A stretch of 32,480 nt of DNA, taken from assembly GCF_001194135.2 (NCBI RefSeq), contig NC_068982.1:92124174-92156653 (forward strand), read 5' to 3'. Within the stretch, counting starts at the first letter, position 1, and each line of letters begins with the position of its first letter. The DNA is from Octopus bimaculoides. Its lineage: Eukaryota. Shown here in pieces: positions 11,901 to 21,745 of this stretch. The notes below the pieces were generated by a model. It ran no database searches. It was not told where the DNA came from and saw only the letters and a list, made by a program, of their open reading frames with translations. The position numbers and the translations under genes were made by a program.

Positions 11901-12289
11901 ACCCTAGCAGGAAAAGAGAAATGATGATGAAGAAGAGTGGTTTGAGGGCATAACCTCAAGATGCAAGCAGGTGAATAAAGAGAGAATAGATGAGAATCAA
12001 CGATAACTGGGTGAATAGGTTCGTGGGAGTCTAAAAAGTGAGTGACAGATGATAGACATGGCGGAAGAGGTGAATGCAATGAATGGTGAACATGGATGGC
12101 GGTGTGAACAATGGTGAGTTTCAGTTTTGGGGATAGGTAAAGGAAAATAGGTGAACATGGATGGAAGCATGGACGTGGACTCTCAGTTTTGGGGATAGTT
12201 AAACGAAATTAGGGTAGATCAGAGAGGAAGAGATGATAGGTGGCAATACATAAATGGTGGAGTAGGTGGAGAGCCTACATTTAAAATCT

Positions 12290-12595
12290 GTCTTCTATGG
12301 AAGCATAGGTTGGACAGTTTGACAGGATTTGTTGAGCCAAAGGACTACATTAAGCTCTAATGTCTACTTTGGCATGTTTGGATGCCCTTCCTTATGCCAA
12401 CCACTTTACAGTATAGTGAGTACTTTTTCCATGACACCAGCATTAGTGAGGTCATCAAGTACCTCACCAGACAAAGAAAAGACCCTCATATGAATGGGAT
12501 TGTAAGAGAGAGGGAGGTGTCTTTATGCCAGATGTTGGGAGGTTAGAGTATGATAGTAGATATGTTGCTATAGAGGAGATACATGGCTACCCTAC
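12290..12595 (-). mobile_element. second degenerate copy of the same RTE-tail family
   Basis: GCATAGGTTGGACAG...GGATGCCCTTCCTTATGCCAACCAC, plus a GAGGAGATACATGG.TACCCTA block shared with ~11885-11906. Confidence 0.55.
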
Positions 12596-12769
12596 ATTAT
12601 ATAAGGGTGGGTGGGACAAAGTGACAAAGTACAAGAAGGTGAGTATAAGAAAATATGAACATAGGACTTGAACAAATGAGTGGGTGACAGATGATTAGAG
12701 AGGGGGATAGAAGTTAATAGATGAACAAGAGTGGAGGTAAGGTCAATAGTAAATATTAGTATAAGGAGA

Positions 12770-13160
12770 AGGCAAAAGTAAAACTGACTCACCTGCCATT
12801 TCTCTCCATTTTCTTGCACCATTTGGGCTCCCCTACCAAATGTTCTAGCATTCACCTCTCTCACCACACCATCCATATATAAATTAAACATTCACGGAGA
12901 CATCACACAACCTTGTCTTAACCCCACCTTCACATCAAACCACTCACTCACTTCACCACCCACCCTAACACACACCCTACTTTCTCTATAAAAACTTTGT
13001 ACCGCTCTCAACAATCTACCATCTACTCCATACAACCGCAACACCTGCCACATTGCATCCCACATGGTCATATGCCTTCTCTAGGTCCATAAAGGCCCAA
13101 TACAGGTCCCTCCCTTTTGCCAAAAATTTATACAACTTCATACTGAAAAATATTTCAAAG
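12770..13160 (-). pseudogene. RTE-clade LINE reverse transcriptase fragment
   Basis: KFLAKGRDLYWAFMDLEKAYDHV...WQVLRLYGVDGRLLRAVQSFY..SRVCVRVGGEVSEWFDVKVGLRQGCVMSP*MFNLYMDGVVREVNAR...WQVSQ. Contains the D(L)EKAYD and GLRQGC..SP RT motifs. Confidence 0.88.
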
Positions 13161-13196
13161 ATTTTTTAATTATATTTTTGTCATTTCAGTCACCGA

Positions 13197-13232
13197 ATGA
13201 AAATAAATATTAATAATACCGAAAGAAAATGA
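13197..13232 (+). promoter_or_regulatory. upstream ORF (MKININNTERK*) whose TGA overlaps the IAP ATG
   Basis: ATG at 13197, TGA at 13230-13232 overlapping ATG 13229-13231. It lies inside the exon that starts at the TTTCAG| acceptor (13189/13190). Confidence 0.55.
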
Positions 13233-14201
13233 CAAAAAATCTGAAGACACCTCCAGGGGACCTACATTATGAAATTGAAAGATTGCTAACATTCTCTGTA
13301 AATAGTCATCCAAAGCTAACAGCTATAGAGCTTGCTGCAAATGGTTATTATTATGATAGTTTGGAAGAAAAAATTATTTGCTTTTTCTGTAAATCTGTAC
13401 TGGAATTTTCAGATTCCACTTTTAAACATATTTATTCATGTAGACATAAAGATGACAATTTTCCAGTTTATTTACATGATGGTACAGATATTGAAAATGC
13501 TACAGCTTCTAATGAACAAAACACTGAACGAGAAACTGAGATTGTAGTGAGAATTAGTACTGAAAATTCAAATAAAAATGAAATACCCAACATGCAAAAA
13601 AGACTGGACACCTTTGAAAATTGGAACACAAGTGTCCCAGTAGCACCCACTGATCTTGCAAAGAATGGATTTTATTACCTAGGTTATAGCAATGTTGTTA
13701 AATGTGCATACTGTACTGTCCAACTCCACAAATGGAAAGAAAATTATGATATCCATGAAGAACACACACGTTTAAATCCAGAATGTCCAATTTTAAGATA
13801 TTTTAGGAAAACGGATTTAGAATATGAACAGTATCGCCAAAAGAGTTTTGACAAATGGCCAACACATCACCCATTAAAAGCTAAAGATTTGGCAGCTAAT
13901 GGATTCTACCACAAGGGGCCTGCTGATAATGTCTGTTGTATTTTTTGCAAATGTGAAATCAAAAATTGGAAAGCTAATGATAATATTAAAGAAAAACATA
14001 GGTCAATTTCTCCGAATTGCCCTTTCTTGTGTGAGAAATTGGTAGGTAACGTACCAAAACCAAAACAGAGTAATAAATTTGACTCTCCAATACATCCATA
14101 TTTTGCCTCATTAAGTGAACGCCTTAAAACATTTTCTTCACGGCCAAAGAATAAAAATCAAAAACCTAAATCTTTAGCAGATGCTGGGTTCTTTCATAAT
14201 G
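13229..14201 (+). CDS. inhibitor of apoptosis protein (IAP/BIRC family), first coding exon: short BIR1, BIR2, BIR3 and N-half of BIR4; join(13229..14201,15065..15246,16428..16494,21461..21574,>)
   Basis: R..TF...LA..GF(Y/F) starts four times, with C-x2-C-x16-H-x6-C in BIR2 and BIR3. Acceptor TTTCAG at 13189 and in-frame upstream stop at 13211 support the ATG. Phase-1 donor G|GTAAAT at 14201/14202, at the BIR position where XIAP/cIAP genes are also split. Confidence 0.93.
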
Positions 14202-14215
14202 GTAAATATATACAA

Positions 14216-14252
<37 letters not shown>

Positions 14253-15064
14253 TTGGTTATTCTCTTTAGTATTATTTCCAATTTCCATGCCTGCATGTAT
14301 AGCATGGTTTTGAAAATTGGTTCTTTACATATTGTTAGAGACAGCTGGGTAAACTAAGGTAAGCAAAGAAAATATGCCCTTAACTCTATTTTTCAAGGGC
14401 CCAATATAATGACTAAGAAAGTTTGAGCTTATAATCAAATTATTAACTTTACCATTACACCTAGCTTGCCTCTAAAAATTTAAAATTACTTCTTATTTTG
14501 TAGATTAAATTATTAAAAAAATTATCTAAAACATTAATAGTAAAGATTAGTAAGAAAGATAACATAGAGTAATCATCTTTTGAGTTTATTCATAATGTGT
14601 TTTTGATCATTAAAAATTCTATCTTCTGGTGCTATATTATCAAACAGGAAAGAAAGACATTTGCTTTGAAGAGAATTTAAAAGAAAGAAAATGTCAATGA
14701 TATAGACAGATGTATAATTTCCATTAAAAAATAAGGGAAGCACTATGTTAGCAGCCTGTATAACACTTGCTTGTCTGCAACTTTCCTTTCAGTTTTATCC
14801 TCTTAAGAAAATAATTAAGAAGTTTAAACTCGTTAATGAGACCTTTATGCAAAATTGCAATAACTGTTCTGTTGTTACAAATGCCATGTATATACTAACT
14901 TCATTTGATTTATGGTTAATGGCAGATTCAGCAGAAAATTGGGCTGTAGTTAGGTCTTTACATTCTGAATTCTTACACAGTCATATTGAATTTCTTAATT
15001 TCTAATTAAATCTTTCAGTTTTGTTTGCTTTAGTTATTTACCTTCATTTTCTATTGGTTTACAG

Positions 15065-15246
15065 GTATTTCTGATACAGTAATTTGTTTTAGCTGTGGTT
15101 GTACTTTATGTGATTGGGATGAGGATGAAGATCCATGGCACAAACATGCTCAATACTCTCCAAAATGTACTTTTGTACAGCAGATGAAAGGTTCTAAGTA
15201 CATCACAGAAGCAAGTGGGAAAAGCAAAGAACTTTCAAATAACCAG
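15065..15246 (+). CDS. IAP exon: C-terminal half of BIR4
   Basis: Acceptor TTTACAG|, phase 1, gives G-ISDTVICFSCGCTLCDWDEDEDPWHKHAQYSPKCTFVQQMKG (C-x2-C-x16-H-x6-C). Ends at a CAG|GCAAGT GC donor. Confidence 0.9.
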
Positions 15247-16203
15247 GCAAGTTAATAGAAAAAATATCAAAAATAATCAACAACAAAAAATTAATAACTG
15301 ACAATTCATTTTTCTGATAAATAAACTGTATTAATAGCTAGATTATTTCTACTGCTTGAAGTGTATTGCTACACTTGTTAATTCGTACTTATTAATTTCA
15401 AGACTTTTGCTTTCTAAATTGGAACTTAGGAGACTACCAATCTGCCGGAAATTTACTGAGCACCTTTCTGGAACATGTTAATATGACTATAAAAAAAATC
15501 AGATGTAAAATGAACAAAGCTGGAGTTGATCTCCTACTGTCATTAAAGGTCTTATTCTTTTGTGCAAACATAGCAACAGACAAAATTCAAGCCAGGAACC
15601 TTAATTTCTGAACTCAGGTAATAATATTGTTGTCCAGTAGGATACAGATGCAACTGACTTATAATCACATGCAAAAATTAAGTGTCTCATAAACTCCTTG
15701 TTCCACACAGCTGAATGCTCATTTATTCTTCATAGAATGTGAATCTTATGAAATGATAATCTCAGTTGTTTAAAGTTTATTCAGCAACTGTTGTGTTTGA
15801 TCTTCAAGCATGGACAGATACTATCAGCTATACTTCAGATATGCTACTTATCTAATTTGATAATGCTTGTCAGTATCATCCAAACAACTTCATTCGTTCT
15901 GCCATTAATCCTACCTCATATCTGGACAAGTGGAAATGGTGAACAGCTAAAGAAATGGTTGCAGATCTTTCTTTGATCACTTGTTCAATTATCATTGTCA
16001 CCACTGACAATGATAATTGAGTGAAAAATATTTACAAATTGTGAGTCTTGACCACCAACAAATGGCAGCTGTTAGTACATCAGTTTATCTGCAGCAGTTG
16101 CAAAATCTGAAAATGAAATTTTAATGCAAGTACAGCACACTATTAATAACTGGTTTGCAATTAGCTTGACTTTTCCATCTTTCTCTTGTGATCTCTACAA
16201 ATA

Positions 16204-16330
16204 CAGGGTGTCCACAAAGTCTGGGTACATGGGGATTAACACATACTTTAAGAAATTATTATTTCTTATATTTAATTGTTTATGTTATGATTTTATTTAC
16301 TCCATGTACCCAGACCTTGTGGACACCCTG
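16204..16330. mobile_element. Tc1/mariner-type MITE (127 bp)
   Basis: 29-bp TIR CAGGGTGTCCACAA(A/G)GTCTGGGTACATGG with 1 mismatch, TA on both sides (16202-16203, 16331-16332). Confidence 0.88.
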
Positions 16331-16427
16331 TATAAATGATAGATGGAAGTGTGTCAACATGTACCAATACGGCATGCCTTACAATCATATTTGATTAAAT
16401 CATAACATAATATTTTCATTTTAAAAG

Positions 16428-16494
16428 GAATTAGAGCATGAAAGATCAAGTTCTATGGAAGATGTTACAACTTTCCCAAACACTCCAGCTTCAG
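16428..16494 (+). CDS. IAP linker exon (ELEHERSSSMEDVTTFPNTPAS)
   Basis: Acceptor TTTTCATTTTAAAAG|, open in phase 0, donor CAG|GTAGGA in phase 1. Phases fit both neighbouring exons; there is no domain-level support. Confidence 0.7.
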
Positions 16495-17480
16495 GTAGGA
16501 AAAAATATATGTCTATATTCATAAATTCTGTAAATGTTTTATTTGTGTTATTTATAGTATAAATATTCTGTTCACTAATATTTTTATACTATTGTAATTT
16601 TTCTCTATACCAAACTGAGAAGTCTGATGAAATTTATAGGAACAGATAAGTCTTGGATTCAACTGATAATTCACAAAGTACTGTAGTCATATGTGCCACA
16701 GTCAGCTGAGTTTAATTCTGGAGAAATGAAGGACAGATTTAAGAAAATTTAGGAAGCCATCATGTTCTGATAAGAATCTCTCTTGCAGCAACCATGACCT
16801 TTGCAGATACTTAACTTGAGGCAGATCCCTGTAGAGACAAAAATAGAGAATAGCTTGACAAAGATACAAGCTAGCTCTGAAGTACACTGTTCAAGGATGG
16901 TGAAGAGGGCCACCTTTGAAACTTATTATTTTGTTAAACTGGATGAATTAATTACATACTTCTATGAAAAATGAAGTAATAAAGTTGTTTTAAGTTCTAG
17001 ATGCCTTAGATAAATTTCTTCCTGGATAGGATACCGATCTATCACAGGTATCATACTGTTTATTCCACATTGCTCACTAAACTTTAATATACTGCTCAGA
17101 GAAAAAAAAGAAAAACCTATGAATGTACTCAGCTGCTTGGTTAATTTTGCTCATAAAAAAAGGTCATATAACAGAGGGTGAGGTAATGTTAATCAAATAG
17201 GAGAGACAATAAGGTAATGTACTACCTACAGAGGAATCACAACTACCACAGGTGTTTAGCTGTGCTTCTAAGAGAAACAGTTGGGTATTTATGAGATTGT
17301 CTAGGAATGTGGTCAAATATTGACTGCTAATCACCTATTCCCAAAAATCTTTAGCAAGCATATTAAATTATAAGCATCATCCAGATTAGATTGTGGATTA
17401 GATTTATATTACTTTTAGCTAATATTTTGCTTCTTTAACCAAATAAGGTAATTAGTAAGATCTCTAATAGGTGTTATGTG

Positions 17481-17517
<37 letters not shown>

Positions 17518-17544
17518 GAAACATTTGAAAGGTGCTTTTTATGT

Positions 17545-18512
17545 TTCAGTTATACAACACTGGCATTGGCCACAACTACAATCTCACTTGGCTTAATGGG
17601 TTTTCTCAAACAGAGCATATTGTCAAAGGTGTCAGTCACTTGTCATTGCATCCGTGAGGCCCAACATTCAAAGATCATACTTTACCACCTTGTCCCATGT
17701 CTTCATGGGTCTACCTCTTCCACATGTTCCCTCGACCATTAGAGTGCGGCACTTCTTCAGACAGCTTTCCTTGTCCATACACATCACATGTTCATACCAG
17801 TGCAGTCATCACTCTTGCACACCACATCTGATGCCGCTTATGCCTACATTTCTCTCAAGATGCTTACACTCTGTTGTGCATGCACACTAACATTAAACAT
17901 CCAGTGAGACATACTAGCTTCACTTATGAGTCTATGCATGTCCTCAGCAGTCACAGCCCATGTTTCATTGCCATGTAGCATGGTTGTTTGCACACACAGA
18001 TCATATAGTCTACCTTTCACTCTAGGGAAGAGACCTTTGTTACCAAGAGAGGTTGGATCTCTCTGAACTTTGTCCAGACTATTCTTATTCTAGCAGCTAC
18101 ACTCTCAGAACATCCACCTCCACTGCTGTCTTGGTCACCTAGATAACAGAAGCTATCAACTACTTCTAGCTTTCCCCACTGGCATTTTATGGAGTCTATT
18201 TTCTGTACATTTTTAGTGTTTATTGTACCTGTGCACCTTCTACCCAAAAACTATTTTCTCTGTTAACCTTCCTCTAATATTGTTGCACCTCTTATGTATC
18301 CATAGCTTACACCAGATACATCTTGTCAAGTTTCTACGTACACCTTTTCTACAGATCGAGCAAGGCCATCTATCTGAAGGGATTTGTGATTTGTCCACTT
18401 TCCAATTTACTAAGGCTTTTTGGTTTTTGCTTCTACACATGAAATTTCTTCTCTAGTTCTGAAAGCCTCTAACAAGTTCATCAACGTAGAGGAGCTCCCA
18501 AGTGCAGCCCAT
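17545..18512 (-). pseudogene. RTE-clade LINE 3' fragment (RT C-terminus with Cys/His PHD-like insert)
   Basis: WELLYVDEL (YADD-like), WPCSICRKGV..C.WCKLWIHKRC, EVVDSFCYLGD..SGGGC..SV.ARI, LHGNETW, RL.WY.HV, GRGRP.KTW. Stop at ~17593. Confidence 0.88.
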
Positions 18513-18800
18513 CTGAAATTCTTCTGTTATTGCCTGGAGGACTATAATGAACAAGATGTGTGTGTGTGTGTGTGTGTATTCATATACATATGTGTGTGTA
18601 TATAAACATATGATGGCTTAACTGACCGAACTTTGAAATCACTGTCAATAATATCCATTTTGAAGAATAATAAATTTGTACTCTACAAAAGTAGGGAATA
18701 ATCCTTCAAATTAATCTAAAATCGTCTTTATTGTAACTGAACATGAAAACAAACAAACATTAATATACATACATATGTGTGTGTATATATATATCTATAT

Positions 18801-19111
18801 ATCGTCATCGTTTAACGTCCGCTTTCCATGCTAGCATGGGTTGGACGATTTGACTGAGGACTGGTGAAACCAGATGGCTACACCAGGCTCCAATCTGATT
18901 TGGCAGAGTTTCTACAGCTGGATGCCCTTCCTAACGCCAACCACTCAGAGAGTGTAGTGGGTGCTTTTACGTGTCACCCGCACGAAGGCCAGTCAGGCGG
19001 TACTGGCAACGGCCACGCTCATCTCGCTCGAAAAACCTCATGTGTCACCCGCACAAGAGCCAGTTCAGGGGCACTGGCACCGATCTCACTCGAAAGATTT
19101 CATGTGTCGCC
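18801..19111 (-). mobile_element. RTE-type 3' end / SINE, well-preserved copy with internal tandem units
   Basis: ATCGTCATCGTTTAACGTCCGCTTTCCATGCTAGCATGGGTTGGACG...GGATGCCCTTCCTAACGCCAACC. GTGTCACCCGCAC units start at 18971 and 19042, with a partial unit at 19104. Confidence 0.75.
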
Positions 19112-19286
19112 TTATATATATATATATATATATGTAAATATATATATATATAAATATATATATATATATGAGTTCAGCAAAAATTTAGATTCAGGTGAAT
19201 ATGGTACTTAAGTTGAGGCACCAGAATTTAGTACGGTATTATCCATACAATTTCAAAGTAAGGTGATTAAAATCAAAATAAGCAAC

Positions 19287-19682
19287 AAGGATATCCAGAG
19301 GTAATGCAATATGATCGTTTCATGCAACTCCATTTAATTGAACATTGTAATCATTACATCAATGTAAAATGCAGAGCAATCCTCAGCTGCACAAAGACAT
19401 AGAATTTAATTGAATTAAAACAGATGGATACATTAGTGTAATTATACCTAAAATCTCCAAGAAGTTCTTTGTCTATCTCCTTAACTTCTTGGAGATTTTA
19501 GGTATAATTATACTAATGTGTAACACTTGCTTGTCTGCAACTTTCCTTTCAGTTTTATCCTCTTAAGAAAATCTTTGTGCAGCTGAGGATTGCTCTGCAT
19601 TTTGAATTGATGTAATGACTACATTGTTCAATTAAATGGAGTTGCATGAAACAATTGTACTGCATTACTTCTGGGTATCCTT
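19287..19682. repeat. nested inverted repeat (111-bp outer arms, 37-bp inner arms)
   Basis: 19287-19397 versus the reverse complement of 19572-19682: 101/111 identical. 19430-19466 versus 19483-19519: 36/37. The right arm runs into the gap. Confidence 0.9.
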
Positions 19683-19810
19683 NNNNNNNNNNNNNNNNNN
19701 NNNNNNNNNNNNNNNNNNNNNNNNNNNNNNNNNNNNNNNNNNNNNNNNNNNNNNNNNNNNNNNNNNNNNNNNNNNNNNNATATATATATATATATATAAT
19801 GAATGAGTGA

Positions 19811-20069
19811 AACGGAAAATAGAGTTTGCAAGCATCTTCATTCAACATGATTGTTTCAACCTATCCTGCATCTGTCCATTGAGGGTGGAATACTGCACAG
19901 CTTATTGTGTTGTATCTACCAGTGTGGAATGTACCTAATGAGATGCACTCTGCACTGGTGGATGCAACACAACAAGCTGTACAGTATCCCACCCAGAGGA
20001 GACAGATGCAGGATGGGTTGAAATGATCGTTGTGTTAAATAAAGATTCTTACAAACTCTATTTTCTGTT
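19811..20069. repeat. foldback / MITE-like element, ~120-bp arms
   Basis: AACGGAAAATAGAGTTTGCAAG...CTACCAGTG versus CACTGGTGG...CTTACAAACTCTATTTTCTGTT, roughly 80% complementary by eye with a very short loop. Confidence 0.8.
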
Positions 20070-20250
20070 ACCCTAATTTATTATAAAAACAACAAACACT
20101 GTGGAATTCCTGAGGTAGATTCAGTGACATTTATATCAAAACTGTGGATGACATCAGGTAGCCTAAACAATGAAAGTGCTTTAATCAGCATACGGCCAAC
20201 CATATACCCAAGGTTCAAATAATTACTTCGAGAGATAGATAGACAGACAG

Positions 20251-20315
20251 ACATGCAGACAGACTACAGACATGCAGACAGACTACAGACATGCAGACAG
20301 ACTACAGACATGCAG
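20251..20315. repeat. 19-bp minisatellite, about 3.4 copies
   Basis: ACATGCAGACAGACTACAG at 20251, 20270 and 20289, partial at 20308. Confidence 0.9.
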
Positions 20316-20354
20316 GCAAACAGATATGTATGTATGTACATACATATTCGTATA

Positions 20355-20565
20355 TACTCTTTTACTCTTTTACTTGTTTCAGTCATTTGACTGTGGCCAT
20401 GCTGGAGCACCACCTTTAGTCGAGCAAATCGACCCTGGGACTTATTCTTCGTAAGCCTAGTACTTATTCTGTCGGTCTCTTCTGCCAAACTGCTAAGTGA
20501 CGGGGACATAAATACACCAGCATCGGTTGTCAAGCAATGCTAGGGGGACAAACACAGACACACAA

Positions 20566-20596
<31 letters not shown>

Positions 20597-21327
20597 CATA
20601 TATACGACAGGCTTCTTTCAGTTTCCGTCTACCAAATCCACTCACAAGGTTTTGGTCGGCCTGAGGCTATAGTAGAAGACACTTGCCCAAGATGCCACAC
20701 AGTGGGACTGAACCCGGAACCNNNNNNNNNNNNNNNNNNNNNNNNNNNNNNNNNNNNNNNNNNNNNNNNNNNNNNNNNNNNNNNNNNNNNNNNNNNNNNN
20801 NNNNNNNNNNNNNNNNNNNNNNNNNNNNNNNNNNNNNNNNNNNNNNNNNNNNNNNNNNNNNNNNNNNNNNNNNNNNNNNNNNNNNNNNNNNNNNNNNNNN
20901 NNNNNNNNNNNNNNNNNNNNNNNNNNNNNNNNNNNNNNNNNNNNNNNNNNNNNNNNNNNNNNNNNNNNNNNNNNNNNNNNNNNNNNNNNNNNNNNNNNNN
21001 NNNNNNNNNNNNNNNNNNNNNNNNNNNNNNNNNNNNNNNNNNNNNNNNNNNNNNNNNNNNNNNNNNNNNNNNNNNNNNNNNNNNNNNNNNNNNNNNNNNN
21101 NNNNNNNNNNNNNNNNNNNNNNNNNNNNNNNNNNNNNNNNNNNNNNNNNNNNNNNNNNNNNNNNNNNNNNNNNNNNNNNNNNNNNNNNNNNNNNNNNNNN
21201 NNNNNNNNNNNNNNNNNNNNNNNNNNNNNNNNNNNNNNNNNNNNNNNNNNNNNNNNNNNNNNNNNNNNNNNNNNNNNNNNNNNNNNNNNNNNNNNNNNNN
21301 NNNNNNNNNNNNNNNNNNCACACAGCC
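20355..21327 (-). mobile_element. tRNA-derived SINE, near full-length, split by assembly gap
   Basis: TACTCTTTTACTCTTTTACTTGTTTCAG tail through GGGACTGAACCCGGAACC, resuming after the gap as CACACAGCC. Reverse complement of 5287-5433. Confidence 0.88.
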
Positions 21328-21460
21328 TGGAACTAAGAGAAAAAGAACTTGAACTTAGAATTTTTTTGTAAACATTTGAACTCTTGAATTCAGAATGATT
21401 TTTCGCATAAAGTTTTAATAATTTCCTTTCAAATTTTAGGTATTCTGCCCATATTTGCAG

Positions 21461-21574
21461 ATTTGAAATTGAATTCATCATTTATGGATACACCTTCAGT
21501 TCTAGCTGTTTTGTCTCTCGGTTATAAACGAAGTTTAGTGAAAAAACTAGTGAAAAATAAAATCAAGGAAACAG
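21461..21574 (+). CDS. IAP exon: N-part of UBA domain (alternative in-frame acceptor at 21440)
   Basis: DLKLNSSFMDTPSVLAVLSLGYKRSLVKKLVKNKIKETG resembles the cIAP UBA start (MNTP.V..AL.MGF.R.LVK..VQ.KI..TG). Acceptors TTTTAG| (21439) and TTTGCAG| (21460), donor G|GTAAAT at 21574, all phase 1. Confidence 0.85.
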
Positions 21575-21745
21575 GTAAATATATTTTAATTTTTTTTTAG
21601 AGACAAACCTCCAAGTTTTTACTAATAGCTAATAAAATCATAAAAATTACAAGTTCATAAGAACTTTTTGACATTCCTTTAGAATGTTTCAATTTATATG
21701 AAAGTAAATGGAAAAAACTGTTTTCATATCATAGAATTCTACATT

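Noticed and set aside
12784-12795. Perfect CAG|GTGAGT donor on the minus strand suggesting an antisense host exon
   Set aside because: It is the W-Q-V-S-Q codons of the RTE RT fragment.
14202-14269. C-terminal extension KYIQYLYIYI... of the 346-aa ORF
   Set aside because: Intron read-through into a (TA)n tract; BIR4 is completed by the exon at 15065.
16611-16710. Extra IAP exon after 16494
   Set aside because: All nearby AG acceptors give a stop soon after in the required phase 1.
18971-19111. Repeat-spacer-like array resembling CRISPR
   Set aside because: Only 2-3 degenerate units with homologous 'spacers', inside a eukaryotic retroelement tail.
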